From the NCBI GenBank assembly GCA_025450405.1, contig JANWHL010000104.1, positions 1 through 43,537 of the forward strand: a stretch of DNA of 43,537 nucleotides, given 5' to 3'. Shown one piece after another: positions 34,905 through 43,468 of the stretch. The DNA comes from Ktedonobacterales bacterium (GTDB lineage: Bacteria; Chloroflexota; Ktedonobacteria; Ktedonobacterales; JADMIN01). The notes beneath the pieces were generated by a model that saw nothing but the letters and a program-made list of their open reading frames with translations, did no database searches and had not been told where the DNA came from. The stretch's first letter is position 1; the number at the start of each line of letters is the position of its first letter. The translations under genes were made by a program, and so were the position numbers.

Positions 34905-35846
34905 TCAGCCAAGAAAAATCCGTGCTCGGTCGAGCATGTCGAACGGATGCCAGAACGTGAGAAAGACGCGCTCGGCGCCGAGGCGCTCCCACCGGGCCAG
35001 CGATCCGGCGAGGTCGTCGGGCCAGTCCCAAACAAACACCGAGAGCGCGACCTGGCGTCCCGCGGCGGCGATGGCGTCTCGTGCTCGCCCGATGAGTTCG
35101 TCGTCGGCGTAGACGTTGATCTCGTCCGCGTAGGTCACGGCGTCGCGCAGCAGGCGCGGCGATCGCCCGACACCCACGACCACCCGCGGCGGAGCGGGCG
35201 GCGCGGGTACCGCGGCCGCCTCGACGAGGTGGAGATGCTCGCCGGCGAACGTGACACGCTCACCACTCCAGATGTGGCGCAGGACTTCCACGGTTTCGCG
35301 CAGGCCGGTTACGCGGGCCATGGCGTCCGGTACGGACTGGCCCCAGGCGCGGGCCTCTTCGAAGAAGTCCCCGGCACCGATGCCCAGCTCGAAACGACCG
35401 CCGCTGAGCCAGGACAGCGCCGCCGTTTCCTTGGCAAGCACGCCGGGCAGGTAATTCAGCCGGTCGATTACCATCGGCACGAGGTGGATGCGCGTCGTCG
35501 CCAGGGCGAGCGCGCCGTAGAGTGACCAGCCGCAGAGGTACGGCCATTCCAGCTTGTCCGCGTGGTAATGATCGAGGAAGCCGACGGCCTCGAAGCCCGC
35601 GGCGTCGGCCGCGCGGGCGGCCCCCAGGATGGCGACGCAGTCGCCCGTCGGCCCCAGATTGACCCCGATACGTATGGCGCGCCTCCGTTCCGGTGAGTCC
35701 CGATTCAGGATAGTCCCCGACGCGGGACTTCGCGGCCGTAGGCTTTGTAGGGGCGTTCGGTTGAACGTCCGTGTTCTTTCAACCGCCCGGGCCACCTTCT
35801 CACCACGATTTGGTATTAGACCTATGCGCTCGAACCCGCGATCCAT
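34905..35846 (-). CDS. LLM-class (luciferase-like) F420/flavin-dependent oxidoreductase; start uncertain
   Basis: Core is IRIGVNLG...FELGIGAGDFFEEARAWG...ERVFLTF. ATG 35846 would add 57 Arg-rich residues and overlap the upstream gene by 25 nt. A GGAGG (35686-35682) sits 6 nt before an ATA codon (35675-35673), exactly where family members usually start. Confidence 0.75.
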   Translation of the reverse strand: MDRGFERIGLIPNRGEKVARAVERTRTFNRTPLQSLRPRSPASGTILNRDSPERRRAIRIGVNLGPTGDCVAILGAARAADAAGFEAVGFLDHYHADKLEWPYLCGWSLYGALALATTRIHLVPMVIDRLNYLPGVLAKETAALSWLSGGRFELGIGAGDFFEEARAWGQSVPDAMARVTGLRETVEVLRHIWSGERVTFAGEHLHLVEAAAVPAPPAPPRVVVGVGRSPRLLRDAVTYADEINVYADDELIGRARDAIAAAGRQVALSVFVWDWPDDLAGSLARWERLGAERVFLTFWHPFDMLDRARIFLG

Positions 35847-36301
35847 GAGCGCAACGCCTCAACATGCTCGGGGTAGTGCCCATAGGTGTCCACCGCGATG
35901 GCTTCGATGATCGCATCGGATGCCAGCACGGAGTTTGGCAGGTCGGCGATCATCGCTAACACTTCCGCGTGCGCCGCGTGGAACTCGGCCCGGACCTCGG
36001 CCAGCGGCCGGTCGCGATTCTCGGCGTAGACCTCCGCGTTGACGTGATTCACCACCGGCTCCCAGTTCCCGTCGTCCGGCGCCAGATCGTCACGTCCCGT
36101 GCGCAGCCGCCGAACCGCGTGACGCTCCCACCATGCGATGTGCGCCAGCGTGTCCTTGGCGGTCCACTCGCCGTTCACTCCTGGGACGAGCATCCGCGCG
36201 TCGTCCAGCCCAGCCAGCATCTCGTCCAGCGGCCGATAGCTCTCGCGAATTCGCTCGGTGACTTCGGCCCCGCGATTTGTCGATTCCAACGCCGTCTCCA
36301 T
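35822..36301 (-). CDS. DinB-superfamily / ClbS-DfsB-like four-helix-bundle protein
   Basis: ORF 35822-36424. Start moved to ATG 36301 (METALEST). The upstream (IDARV)6 is just the 15-bp tandem array read in frame from a GTG inside the repeat. Contains GEWTAKDTLAHIAWWERHAV and DTYGHYPEH. Confidence 0.7.
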   Translation of the reverse strand: METALESTNRGAEVTERIRESYRPLDEMLAGLDDARMLVPGVNGEWTAKDTLAHIAWWERHAVRRLRTGRDDLAPDDGNWEPVVNHVNAEVYAENRDRPLAEVRAEFHAAHAEVLAMIADLPNSVLASDAIIEAIAVDTYGHYPEHVEALRSWIAGSSA

Positions 36302-36327
36302 TCGTGCTCGTCGAAGAGCGCTCGCCG

Positions 36328-36427
36328 CGATCACGCGAGCGTCGATCACGCGAGCGTCGATCACGCGAGCGTCGATCACGCGAGCGTCGATCACGCGAGC
36401 GTCGATCACGCGAGCGTCGATCACGCG
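36328..36427. repeat. perfect 15-bp tandem repeat (CGATCACGCGAGCGT), 6 full copies plus a 10-nt partial copy
   Basis: Units start at 36328, 36343, 36358, 36373, 36388 and 36403, with a partial copy at 36418-36427. All full copies are identical. Each carries a GATC site and the mini-palindrome ACGC-GA-GCGT. Confidence 0.97.
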
Positions 36428-36483
36428 CGGTTGGTCAGGATGCGGCAGCGCCGCGCGCGGCCGCCATGGGGTGCGCGAGCCCG

Positions 36484-36512
36484 CTGGCAGTGTACCCCGC
36501 GCGGCCTATAAT
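36484..36512 (+). promoter_or_regulatory. promoter candidate, CTGGCA-17-TATAAT, for the flavin reductase gene
   Basis: Consensus -10 TATAAT at 36507-36512 and a weak -35 CTGGCA at 36484-36489. Lies about 95 nt upstream of ATG 36607. Confidence 0.45.
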
Positions 36513-36606
36513 GGGGATTGACGCGGGCTCGCAATCGCCTCCACGCATCGCGGCGATGCCTCACAATTTCTCACTGAGCTCACGCGCAACGGAAAGGGAC
36601 TCTCGA

Positions 36607-37083
36607 ATGGATGACGCCGCCAAGAAGACGGCCCTCCGCCTCTTTACCTACGGGCTCTACGCCGTCACCGTCGGCACGGGCGACGACCTGAACGGCTTCA
36701 CCGCCAACTGGCTCTCGCAGGTTTCGTTTGATCCGCCATTAGTGGTGGTCTCGGTGCAGAACGACTCGTTCTCGCTTCCGGTGATCGAGCGGACCGGTCT
36801 CTTCGCGGTCAACGTCTTCAGCGCCGATCAGCGCGAGCTCTCCGGTCGCCTCGGCAAGCCGCGGGCTCGCGCGCCCGAAAAGCTCGCCGGGCTGGACGTC
36901 GAGACCGGTGAAACAGGCGTCCCCTTGCTGAAGGATGCTATCGCGTCGGTGGAATGTCGGGTCGAAGGGCAGATGCTCGCCGGCGATTCCACCCTGGTCC
37001 TGGGGCGCGTGGTCGGCGCCGTGGTGCGGGCGGAAGGCGACCCCCTGACGATGCGCGCCGCCGGCTTCAAGCACGCCGGCTAG
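36607..37083 (+). CDS. flavin reductase family protein (FMN-binding split barrel)
   Basis: ORF 36277-37083. Start moved to ATG 36607 because the upstream part is the repeat array read as (RERRS)n. Contains LFTYGLYAVTVG..NGFTANWLSQVSFDPPLVVVSV. Confidence 0.85.
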   Translation: MDDAAKKTALRLFTYGLYAVTVGTGDDLNGFTANWLSQVSFDPPLVVVSVQNDSFSLPVIERTGLFAVNVFSADQRELSGRLGKPRARAPEKLAGLDVETGETGVPLLKDAIASVECRVEGQMLAGDSTLVLGRVVGAVVRAEGDPLTMRAAGFKHAG

Positions 37084-37189
37084 TCCCTCGCGCCGCGATC
37101 AGGCAGTGGTCCGCTGGCAACTCCGCGCCCCGCCGCCGTTCCTCTACCCCTCGCCATCGCACTGGAGAGGGGGTGAGGGGTGAGGACGC

Positions 37190-38176
37190 CTACCGCGCAC
37201 TCGTCGGCGCGCCGCGCTGGCCCGCTAGACCCGCGCGCACGAGATCAAGGACCTCGTTTACGGGCACCGTCGCCACCGCCGAGACGCCATCGCCCGCGCC
37301 GTAATACAGGTAGAACCGGCCGTCGCGCTCCACCGCGCCGCACACGAACACGATATCGTTGACCGCGCCCGTGCGCTCGTAGGCAGCCTCCGGCCGCATG
37401 ATCGGCTCCGGATGGCGATACACCACGCGCTCGGGATGCTCGAGGTCGAGTAGCGCCAGGCCAATGCTGTAGCGCTTGGCGTTCCCCGCGCGCTGGAAGT
37501 ACTCGTTCGCGTGGTAAAAGAGCAGCCACCCCAGCTCGGTCTTGATCGGTGGGCTGCCCGCCCCCACGCGCTCGCCCTCCCACGTCCCTGGCCGTGGACT
37601 GAGGATCGTGTCGTGGCCCTCCCAATGGCGGAGATCTTCGCTAAAGGCGATCTGAACCGACGGCCAGACCCGATGCAGGAGCGTATAGCGCCCATTGACG
37701 CGCTCGGGGAAGAGCACGACATCTTTGGTGTCCAGGTCGGGCAGGATGTGGCCGAACTCCTCGAAATGCCGGAAGTCATCGGTGGCGAGCATGCCCGCCC
37801 GCACCCTCCACGGCGCCTGTTCATTCTGAATGCGCGGTGGCGCATTCACTTTGTAGAGCGATGCCAGGGTGTAGGTAATGTAGTAGCGGCCATCCAGCCA
37901 CGTGATACGTGGGTCCTCCACGCCCAGGCGCGCATACGGATCGTCGATGTCGCCCTCGTAAACGGGCAGGGTGGGCCGCTCGTCGATGTGAAACCCGTCA
38001 CGCGTCATCGCGTATCCCAGCCGCGAGAGGCCGTCGAAGCCAACCGCGCGGTAGAGCACGTGGACACGGCCCTGGTCATCCTGGATCGCCGCGGGATTGA
38101 GCGTCCCCTTTTGCTCCCACCAACATTCCGGACGCGGTGTCAGTATCGGATTGCCAGTAAAACGCTGGATGTCCAC
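37190..38176 (-). CDS. glycoside hydrolase family 130 protein (beta-mannoside phosphorylase-like, DUF377)
   Basis: ORF 37190-38311. Start moved to GTG 38176 (SD GAGGGAGG 6 nt upstream). Contains NPILTP, NPAAI, LYRAVG, GVEDPRITWLDGRYYITY and YYGAGD. Confidence 0.85.
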   Translation of the reverse strand: MDIQRFTGNPILTPRPECWWEQKGTLNPAAIQDDQGRVHVLYRAVGFDGLSRLGYAMTRDGFHIDERPTLPVYEGDIDDPYARLGVEDPRITWLDGRYYITYTLASLYKVNAPPRIQNEQAPWRVRAGMLATDDFRHFEEFGHILPDLDTKDVVLFPERVNGRYTLLHRVWPSVQIAFSEDLRHWEGHDTILSPRPGTWEGERVGAGSPPIKTELGWLLFYHANEYFQRAGNAKRYSIGLALLDLEHPERVVYRHPEPIMRPEAAYERTGAVNDIVFVCGAVERDGRFYLYYGAGDGVSAVATVPVNEVLDLVRAGLAGQRGAPTSAR

Positions 38177-38328
38177 AGGTTGCCTCCCTCGGCTCGCGGG
38201 TATGTGGTACGCCGCCCGCCTGGGGCTATCGGCGCGCCGCGGGCGAACCTCCGGCCGGCCGCAAGAGCCGGACCACCCGGCGGCAACGCGCCAGGTGCCA
38301 GGACCGGGCACACATCTGGCGCGTACGC

Positions 38329-39741
38329 TTAGATTTCGCGCAGTTCTCGCGACAACAGGCCCAGGACGATGCCGAGGAGGAGCACGCCGGCGCCCGCAAG
38401 GAAGGCGACACCCGGACCGTAGACCGCCGCGAGATAGCCAGCGCCAACCAGCGAGAGCGGCTGCGAGATCCCGCCAGCCACAAACTGGGCGCTGAACACA
38501 CGCGCCATGTATTCCGGCGCGATGCGCTGCTGCATCACCGTGATGAACATCGTGTCGCCCAGAGCGAGGATCAGTCCTACGACCCCAAGCAGCCCCGCCA
38601 CAAGGGCGATGTGCGCGTTCGTGCTGAGCGCCAGCTCCACGGGAAGGCGCCCCGCTGGACCCGCCGCAACGGGTACGAACGCCATCAAGATACCGCTCAC
38701 ACCAAAGAGCAGCAGACCCGCCACCCCCCGCCGGCGCAGGCGCCCGAGCAGTCCCGCGGCCAGTCCACCAACCACGCCGCCCACACCGGCGGCGGCGAGC
38801 AAGATACCAAGTGTCACGGCGCTGGGTGAGAGATTGCGCGACAGCACGATCAGCGCCACGCCCAGCGTTCCCGCGAATCCCAGATTGCCCAGCACCGTCA
38901 CCATCATGGTCGACCGAATGAGCGGATGTCCAAAGGTGTACGCTAGGCCGGTCCGAATCTCGCCAAACAGGCTCTTGCGCGCGTTGGTGGCTTCGCCGCC
39001 TGTCATCTGGTCAGCCCCGGTATTCGCAAGGAGTCCCGTGGGAGGCAACCGCATCGCGAACAAGGCGAGCGCCGACACGATGAACGAGCCGGCGTCGGCC
39101 AGGAACGCCAGAGTGGCCTGCGCCGCGGTGGCCACGCCGCCAAGCAGCGGTCCGATGGCGAGTGTCGAGTACTGCAACACCATGACCAGGCCGTTGCCCG
39201 CCGGCAACTCCTCCTCCGGAAGGATGCGCGGCAAGAGCGAAGGGATGCCGGGCCCAAATAGGCCGGAACCAGCACCCTCGAGCGCCGCTAGGGACGCCAC
39301 GATCCAGAGCGGCGGCAGGCCGAAGACGAGGATGATGGCAAGCGCGGCGACTACAACCGCCCTTCCAGCGTCGGCGACCAGCATCACGATGCGGGGATTG
39401 AGCCGGTCAGCGAGCGCGCCACCGATGAGGAGCAACAGGACGCGCGCGACGGCGCCGGCCGCGAGCACGATGGCCACCTGGCGGGGGTCATGCGTCACAA
39501 CGAGGATTGTCCAGGGCAGCGCGAGTCCGTAGACCTGGTCGCCAAGAACGGAGATCAACTGGCCCGAGAACAGCAGCGAGAAATTGCGCCGCCGGAGCGG
39601 CGCCAGCATACCGCCCGCACCATTTCGCGGCTTGGCGGCCGCCGCGCTCGCGGTGACGGCGGCGTTCGTCGCGTCCGTCGTCCCACTGGGAGTGACAAGC
39701 GGTGGTTGGCGGTCTGGCGAGGGCGCGTCCTGGACATCCAT
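38329..39741 (-). CDS. MFS transporter (MFS_3 / EntS-like)
   Basis: ORF 38329-39747 begins at a TTG only 2 nt from the SD. ATG 39741 lies 8 nt after GAAGGGG and is preferred. Contains RRRNFSLLFSGQLISVLGDQVYGLALPW and about 12 hydrophobic helices. Confidence 0.85.
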   Translation of the reverse strand: MDVQDAPSPDRQPPLVTPSGTTDATNAAVTASAAAAKPRNGAGGMLAPLRRRNFSLLFSGQLISVLGDQVYGLALPWTILVVTHDPRQVAIVLAAGAVARVLLLLIGGALADRLNPRIVMLVADAGRAVVVAALAIILVFGLPPLWIVASLAALEGAGSGLFGPGIPSLLPRILPEEELPAGNGLVMVLQYSTLAIGPLLGGVATAAQATLAFLADAGSFIVSALALFAMRLPPTGLLANTGADQMTGGEATNARKSLFGEIRTGLAYTFGHPLIRSTMMVTVLGNLGFAGTLGVALIVLSRNLSPSAVTLGILLAAAGVGGVVGGLAAGLLGRLRRRGVAGLLLFGVSGILMAFVPVAAGPAGRLPVELALSTNAHIALVAGLLGVVGLILALGDTMFITVMQQRIAPEYMARVFSAQFVAGGISQPLSLVGAGYLAAVYGPGVAFLAGAGVLLLGIVLGLLSRELREI

Positions 39742-39806
39742 GGGCAATGCCCCTTCACGGCCGATCTTAACAAAGCGGCCGAACCGACCGGCGCGCCGTA
39801 CCGGCG

Positions 39807-39835
39807 AGTATATGGCACCGACTTAATTTTGTCAA
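39807..39835 (-). promoter_or_regulatory. near-consensus promoter, TTGACA-17-TATACT, for the MFS / GH130 genes
   Basis: Minus strand reads TTGACA (39835-39830), a 17-nt spacer, TATACT (39812-39807), within a locally AT-rich patch. Predicted leader of about 55 nt. Confidence 0.55.
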
Positions 39836-40274
39836 TACTCTCCTTAATCAAATTCGCACGGCGCCGCGCATTGCGCAAGGGAGTTCGCCACTTGGACGCG
39901 CTCCATAGGCCAGCATTGTTAGATCTACCGACCACCGCGGCGACGATGAACCAAGTCACTTAGCCAGCGTAGCCTCAGCCCATAAGCGAGCGGAGAGGTC
40001 GTCCAACCGCACGCCCAGCTACGCTGGGCGCGGCCCTCCGGCGACCGCGCCAGTTGCCAACATCATCTCCGACCGCGGCTCGGTCGGGCAGAATGGTTCA
40101 GTGGAAGGATTGGTGCGTGGCGGGGTGCGACGGAGCCTCCCGAGGCGCGAGTGGTGAGTCCGCGGTGTCCCAACGGTGCCCCCGTGTCATGAAGACTCCC
40201 ATCGGTTCAGGGCACACTTGAATCGACGAGATGACCCCGCGGAGTCGGGGCGACGACGAGAGGAGACAACGGCC

Positions 40275-41483
40275 ATGCGACGACGCCAATCAGCGAGCCT
40301 CCAACCAATGCGCCTCCTTGGCGTGTTCGCGCATCCCGACGACGAGGTGTTCTGCGCCGGCGGAACGCTGGCCCAGTGGGCGAGTGCTGGCGGCGAGACG
40401 ATGATCGTCTCGGCGACGCGTGGCGAGGTCGGCCAGATTCATGACGTCCGCGCCTCCACGCGGTCCACCCTTGGCGCCGTACGTGAGCGCGAGCTCAGGT
40501 CCGCCTGCGCCCGACTCGGTGTCCACCACGTCGAATGCCTGGATTATCGAGACGGGACCCTTGCCGATGTCGGACTGGCGGAGGTTGCGGCCCGGGTGGC
40601 GGGCTATATCCGCGACTTCCGTTCCGACGTCGTGGTGACGTTTGGACCGGATGGCGGCTATGGGCATCCAGACCACATCGCCATAGGCGCCGCCACCACG
40701 GAGGCGTGCCGGCTGGTCGCGCGCGCGGATGGTTGGTCACCGAGGCTCTGTTACAGCGCGTTCCCGCAACGCCAAGAATCGCTGTGTCTAGAGCTCGCCC
40801 GATGGCTGACGACGCACACCGCGCCGTTTCACGGCTCCCCTGACTTCGTGCGGGCGTTCTCCTTGCTCGCCGACGAGCTCACCACGATGGGCTTTACCGA
40901 TGACGCCGTAGCGGTGCGGTGGTTCCCCGCGGATTTCGCGATCGCCGAGCGCGGCGAGCGGGCGACCAGCCTCTATCTGATTGTCTCCGGCCACGTCCGG
41001 ATCATCGGCGAAGACGCGCACGGCGCACGTCCAATGAGCGAGTGCCTCGGACCCGGGCAATTCTTCGGCGAGAAGGCTCTGGCCCTACGTGGGCAACACG
41101 ACGCGACCACGGTCGCTGAGGACACGGTCACCTGCCTGGTGCTCTCAAGTGAAGCGGTTACAGCCTTCGCCGGACGCGGCAAGAACGCGCGCCGTGGCGA
41201 TACCAGGGCGGCCCTGGCGGACGACTTGGCAACCGACCGCGATGACGTGGTGCGTATCGACGTCGCTTGCCACCTCGCCGAGAAGTCCGTGGCACTGGCG
41301 GAGCACCGCACGCAATTCGCCATCGGGCCAGAACTGCTTGCCCTTGCTCCCGTGTGGCGATTCCTCGACCAGGAATTTTTCTTGCCGGTGGCGCTTGACG
41401 CGGCGGGTACCGCGCGCCCCGCTGGCGACGCGGAGCGCGTGTTCTGGCCGCTCGGGTGCCCGGCGCTGGCGATGCCAGCCTAG
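40275..41483 (+). CDS. PIG-L/LmbE-family deacetylase with an inserted cyclic-nucleotide-binding-like domain
   Basis: ORF 40176-41483. Start moved to ATG 40275 (SD GAGAGGAG). PIG-L motifs AHPDDE and HPDH are present, plus the C-terminal ALAEHRTQF. A beta-barrel segment lies between them: AIAERGERATSLYLIVSGHVRII...GPGQFFGEKALAL...ATTVAEDTVTCLVL. Confidence 0.8.
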   Translation: MRRRQSASLQPMRLLGVFAHPDDEVFCAGGTLAQWASAGGETMIVSATRGEVGQIHDVRASTRSTLGAVRERELRSACARLGVHHVECLDYRDGTLADVGLAEVAARVAGYIRDFRSDVVVTFGPDGGYGHPDHIAIGAATTEACRLVARADGWSPRLCYSAFPQRQESLCLELARWLTTHTAPFHGSPDFVRAFSLLADELTTMGFTDDAVAVRWFPADFAIAERGERATSLYLIVSGHVRIIGEDAHGARPMSECLGPGQFFGEKALALRGQHDATTVAEDTVTCLVLSSEAVTAFAGRGKNARRGDTRAALADDLATDRDDVVRIDVACHLAEKSVALAEHRTQFAIGPELLALAPVWRFLDQEFFLPVALDAAGTARPAGDAERVFWPLGCPALAMPA

Positions 41484-41542
41484 CTCGGCGCGTGGCCCCG
41501 AAAAGATTTGCGCGCACGGCACACCCAGCGATAACAATTAGG

Positions 41543-41577
41543 AAGGGAACGCCCTGGGGCGTTCCCTTCACGATTTT
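41543..41577 (+). terminator. bidirectional intrinsic terminator (serves the PIG-L gene on + and tRNA-Asp on -)
   Basis: 11-bp stem AAGGGAACGCC/GGCGTTCCCTT with loop CTGG (41543-41568). Followed by CACGATTTT on the plus strand and CCTAATTGTT on the minus strand. Confidence 0.55.
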
Positions 41578-41599
41578 GGCGGTAGAAGCCAGCGCTGGG

Positions 41600-41673
41600 C
41601 GGACCCGACGAGATTCGAACTCGCGCTCTCCGGCGTGACAGGCCGGCGTGTTAGGCCGCTACACTACGGGTCC
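41600..41673 (-). tRNA. tRNA-Asp (anticodon GUC)
   Basis: Hand-folded from the reverse complement. Acceptor GGACCCG/CGGGUCC, D stem GUGU/ACAC, anticodon stem CCGGC/GCCGG with loop CUGUCAC, T loop UUCGAAU, discriminator G. CCA is not encoded. Confidence 0.9.
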
Positions 41674-41718
41674 CGATCGGCATTCGGCGCGCGGGGCGCG
41701 CCTTGGCCAGCGAGTGAG

Positions 41719-41748
41719 ATAATATCACAGGCCACGGCTGCCCGTCAA
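41719..41748 (-). promoter_or_regulatory. promoter candidate, TTGACG-18-TATTAT, for tRNA-Asp
   Basis: Minus strand reads TTGACG (41748-41743), an 18-nt spacer, TATTAT (41724-41719). Lies about 45 nt upstream of the tRNA 5' end. Confidence 0.45.
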
Positions 41749-41786
41749 CCGGCCGCGGCGCGGTTGCCACAGGGAGGGAACGCCTT

Positions 41787-42317
41787 ATGGGCGCACACGC
41801 GGCGCCAGCTCAGGACTGGGTCGAAGCGGTGATCGAGATCCCGCGCGGGAGCCGCAACAAATACGAGTTCGACCACGAGCGTGGCATCATACGCCTCGAC
41901 CGCGTGCTTTATAGCTCCGTGCACTATCCGACCGACTATGGGTTCATCGTCGACACCCTGGCCGGCGACGGCGACCCGCTGGATATCCTGGTCATCGTGG
42001 AAGAGCCGACGTTTCCAGGCTGCCACGTGCGGGCGCGGCCGATCGGCACCCTGGCAATGCGCGACGAGAAGGGCATGGACGAGAAAATCCTCGCGGTGCT
42101 CGTGGACGACCCGCGCTATGTTGGCATCACGGAACTGGAGCAGCTGCAACCGCATTGGACGCGCGAGGTCGCGGCCTTCTTCCGGACCTACAAAGAGCTC
42201 CAAGGTGTCGAGGTGGAGGTCGAAGGGTGGAGCGATGCCGCGGAGGCGTGGCGAGTCATCGGCGCCGCGCGCCAGGGCTTCGGCGGGCATGCTCCCAGAG
42301 TCAACGCTGGCGCGTGA
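41787..42317 (+). CDS. ppa: inorganic pyrophosphatase (family I)
   Basis: SD AGGGAGGG upstream. Contains VIEIPRGSRNKYEFD, YPTDYGFI, DGDPLDILV and DEKILAV. Confidence 0.92.
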   Translation: MGAHAAPAQDWVEAVIEIPRGSRNKYEFDHERGIIRLDRVLYSSVHYPTDYGFIVDTLAGDGDPLDILVIVEEPTFPGCHVRARPIGTLAMRDEKGMDEKILAVLVDDPRYVGITELEQLQPHWTREVAAFFRTYKELQGVEVEVEGWSDAAEAWRVIGAARQGFGGHAPRVNAGA

Positions 42318-42364
42318 ACCTGTGTGGGTGCCGACGGGCACCGCGGTGAACAAGGGGCAGGGGT

Positions 42365-43468
42365 GTGGATCGTGAACTGATCAACGTGTACGACTACGAG
42401 CGCTCGGCGCGCGCGCGCGTAGATCCGAGCGCCTGGGACTACTTCATGAGTGGCGCCTGGGACGAGATCACGTTGCGGGCGAATCGGACGGCCTTTGATC
42501 GCATACGGCTCTGGCCACGCGTGCTGATGGACGCGAGCGCCAGCGATCGGGCGACGACCGTCCTCGGCACACCAATCGCAGCGCCCATTCTGGTCGCCCC
42601 TATGGCCTATCAGATGCTGGCGCACCCCGAGGGCGAGCTGGCCATGGCTCGGGGGGCCGGTGCCGCCGGTACGGCCCTGGTCGTAAGCACGTTGGCCACG
42701 ACCAGCCTTGAAGATGTCGCCGCTGCCGCCGCCGGACCGCTCTGGTTCCAGCTCTATATCTTCAAAGAGCGCCAGGTTTCCGCGGCGCTGGTTCGCCGCG
42801 CGGAGGTCGCGGGATATCGAGCGCTCGTCCTAACGGTGGACGCGCCGCGCATCGGGCGGCGTGAGCGCGACGAGCACAATCACTTTGTCCTCCCGCCGCA
42901 CCTCCTGATGCGGAACTTCGTTGACGTCGGTCTCGAACACATGGACGTGTCAGTCGCCGGATCGGGGCTGGCCGCGCACGCGACCGCCCGGTTCGACGAC
43001 GCGCTCACCTGGGAGGCGCTGGAGTGGCTCCGCGGTCTGACGCGGCTCCCCGTCATCGTGAAAGGCATTCTGGCCCCTGAAGATGCCGCCCTCGCGGTGG
43101 AGCATGGGGCGGCCGCCGTCATCGTCTCGAATCACGGCGGCCGCCAGCTAGATGGGGTGCCGGCGACGATCGAGGCGCTGCCAGCGGTCGTCCGCGCCGT
43201 CGCGGGACGCTGTGACGTCTATCTTGACGGCGGCATCCGGCGGGGCACCGACGTGGTAAAGGCACTGGCCCTTGGTGCGCGCGCCGTACTGGTCGGTCGT
43301 CCGGCTCTGTGGGGCCTGGCGGTTGCGGGCGATGAGGGCGTGCTCCAGGTGCTGAACCTGCTGCGCGCTGAGCTGGATATGGCCATGGCTCTCTGCGGCC
43401 GCCCAACGCTCGCAAGTCTCGACGCGGAGTTGCTTCAGGATCCAGCGACGGTGCCCGCGCACGCATGA
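42365..43468 (+). CDS. FMN-dependent alpha-hydroxy-acid oxidase/dehydrogenase (glycolate oxidase / L-lactate dehydrogenase family)
   Basis: GTG start. Contains NRTAFDRIRLWPRVL, LTVDAPRIGRRERD, VKGIL, VSNHGGRQLD and GGIRRGTDVVKALALGA. Confidence 0.9.
   Translation: MDRELINVYDYERSARARVDPSAWDYFMSGAWDEITLRANRTAFDRIRLWPRVLMDASASDRATTVLGTPIAAPILVAPMAYQMLAHPEGELAMARGAGAAGTALVVSTLATTSLEDVAAAAAGPLWFQLYIFKERQVSAALVRRAEVAGYRALVLTVDAPRIGRRERDEHNHFVLPPHLLMRNFVDVGLEHMDVSVAGSGLAAHATARFDDALTWEALEWLRGLTRLPVIVKGILAPEDAALAVEHGAAAVIVSNHGGRQLDGVPATIEALPAVVRAVAGRCDVYLDGGIRRGTDVVKALALGARAVLVGRPALWGLAVAGDEGVLQVLNLLRAELDMAMALCGRPTLASLDAELLQDPATVPAHA

Noticed and set aside
36302-36424. N-terminal (IDARV)6 extension of the DinB-like ORF, and the (RERRS)n / (ITRAS)n extensions of the plus-strand ORFs 36277-37083 and 36258-36521.
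   Set aside because: They arise only because the 15-bp repeat is a multiple of three and contains an in-frame GTG. Proper ATG starts lie downstream (36301 and 36607).
36328-36427. Possible CRISPR array.
   Set aside because: The units are contiguous with no spacers, only 15 bp long, and no cas genes are present. This is a simple tandem repeat.
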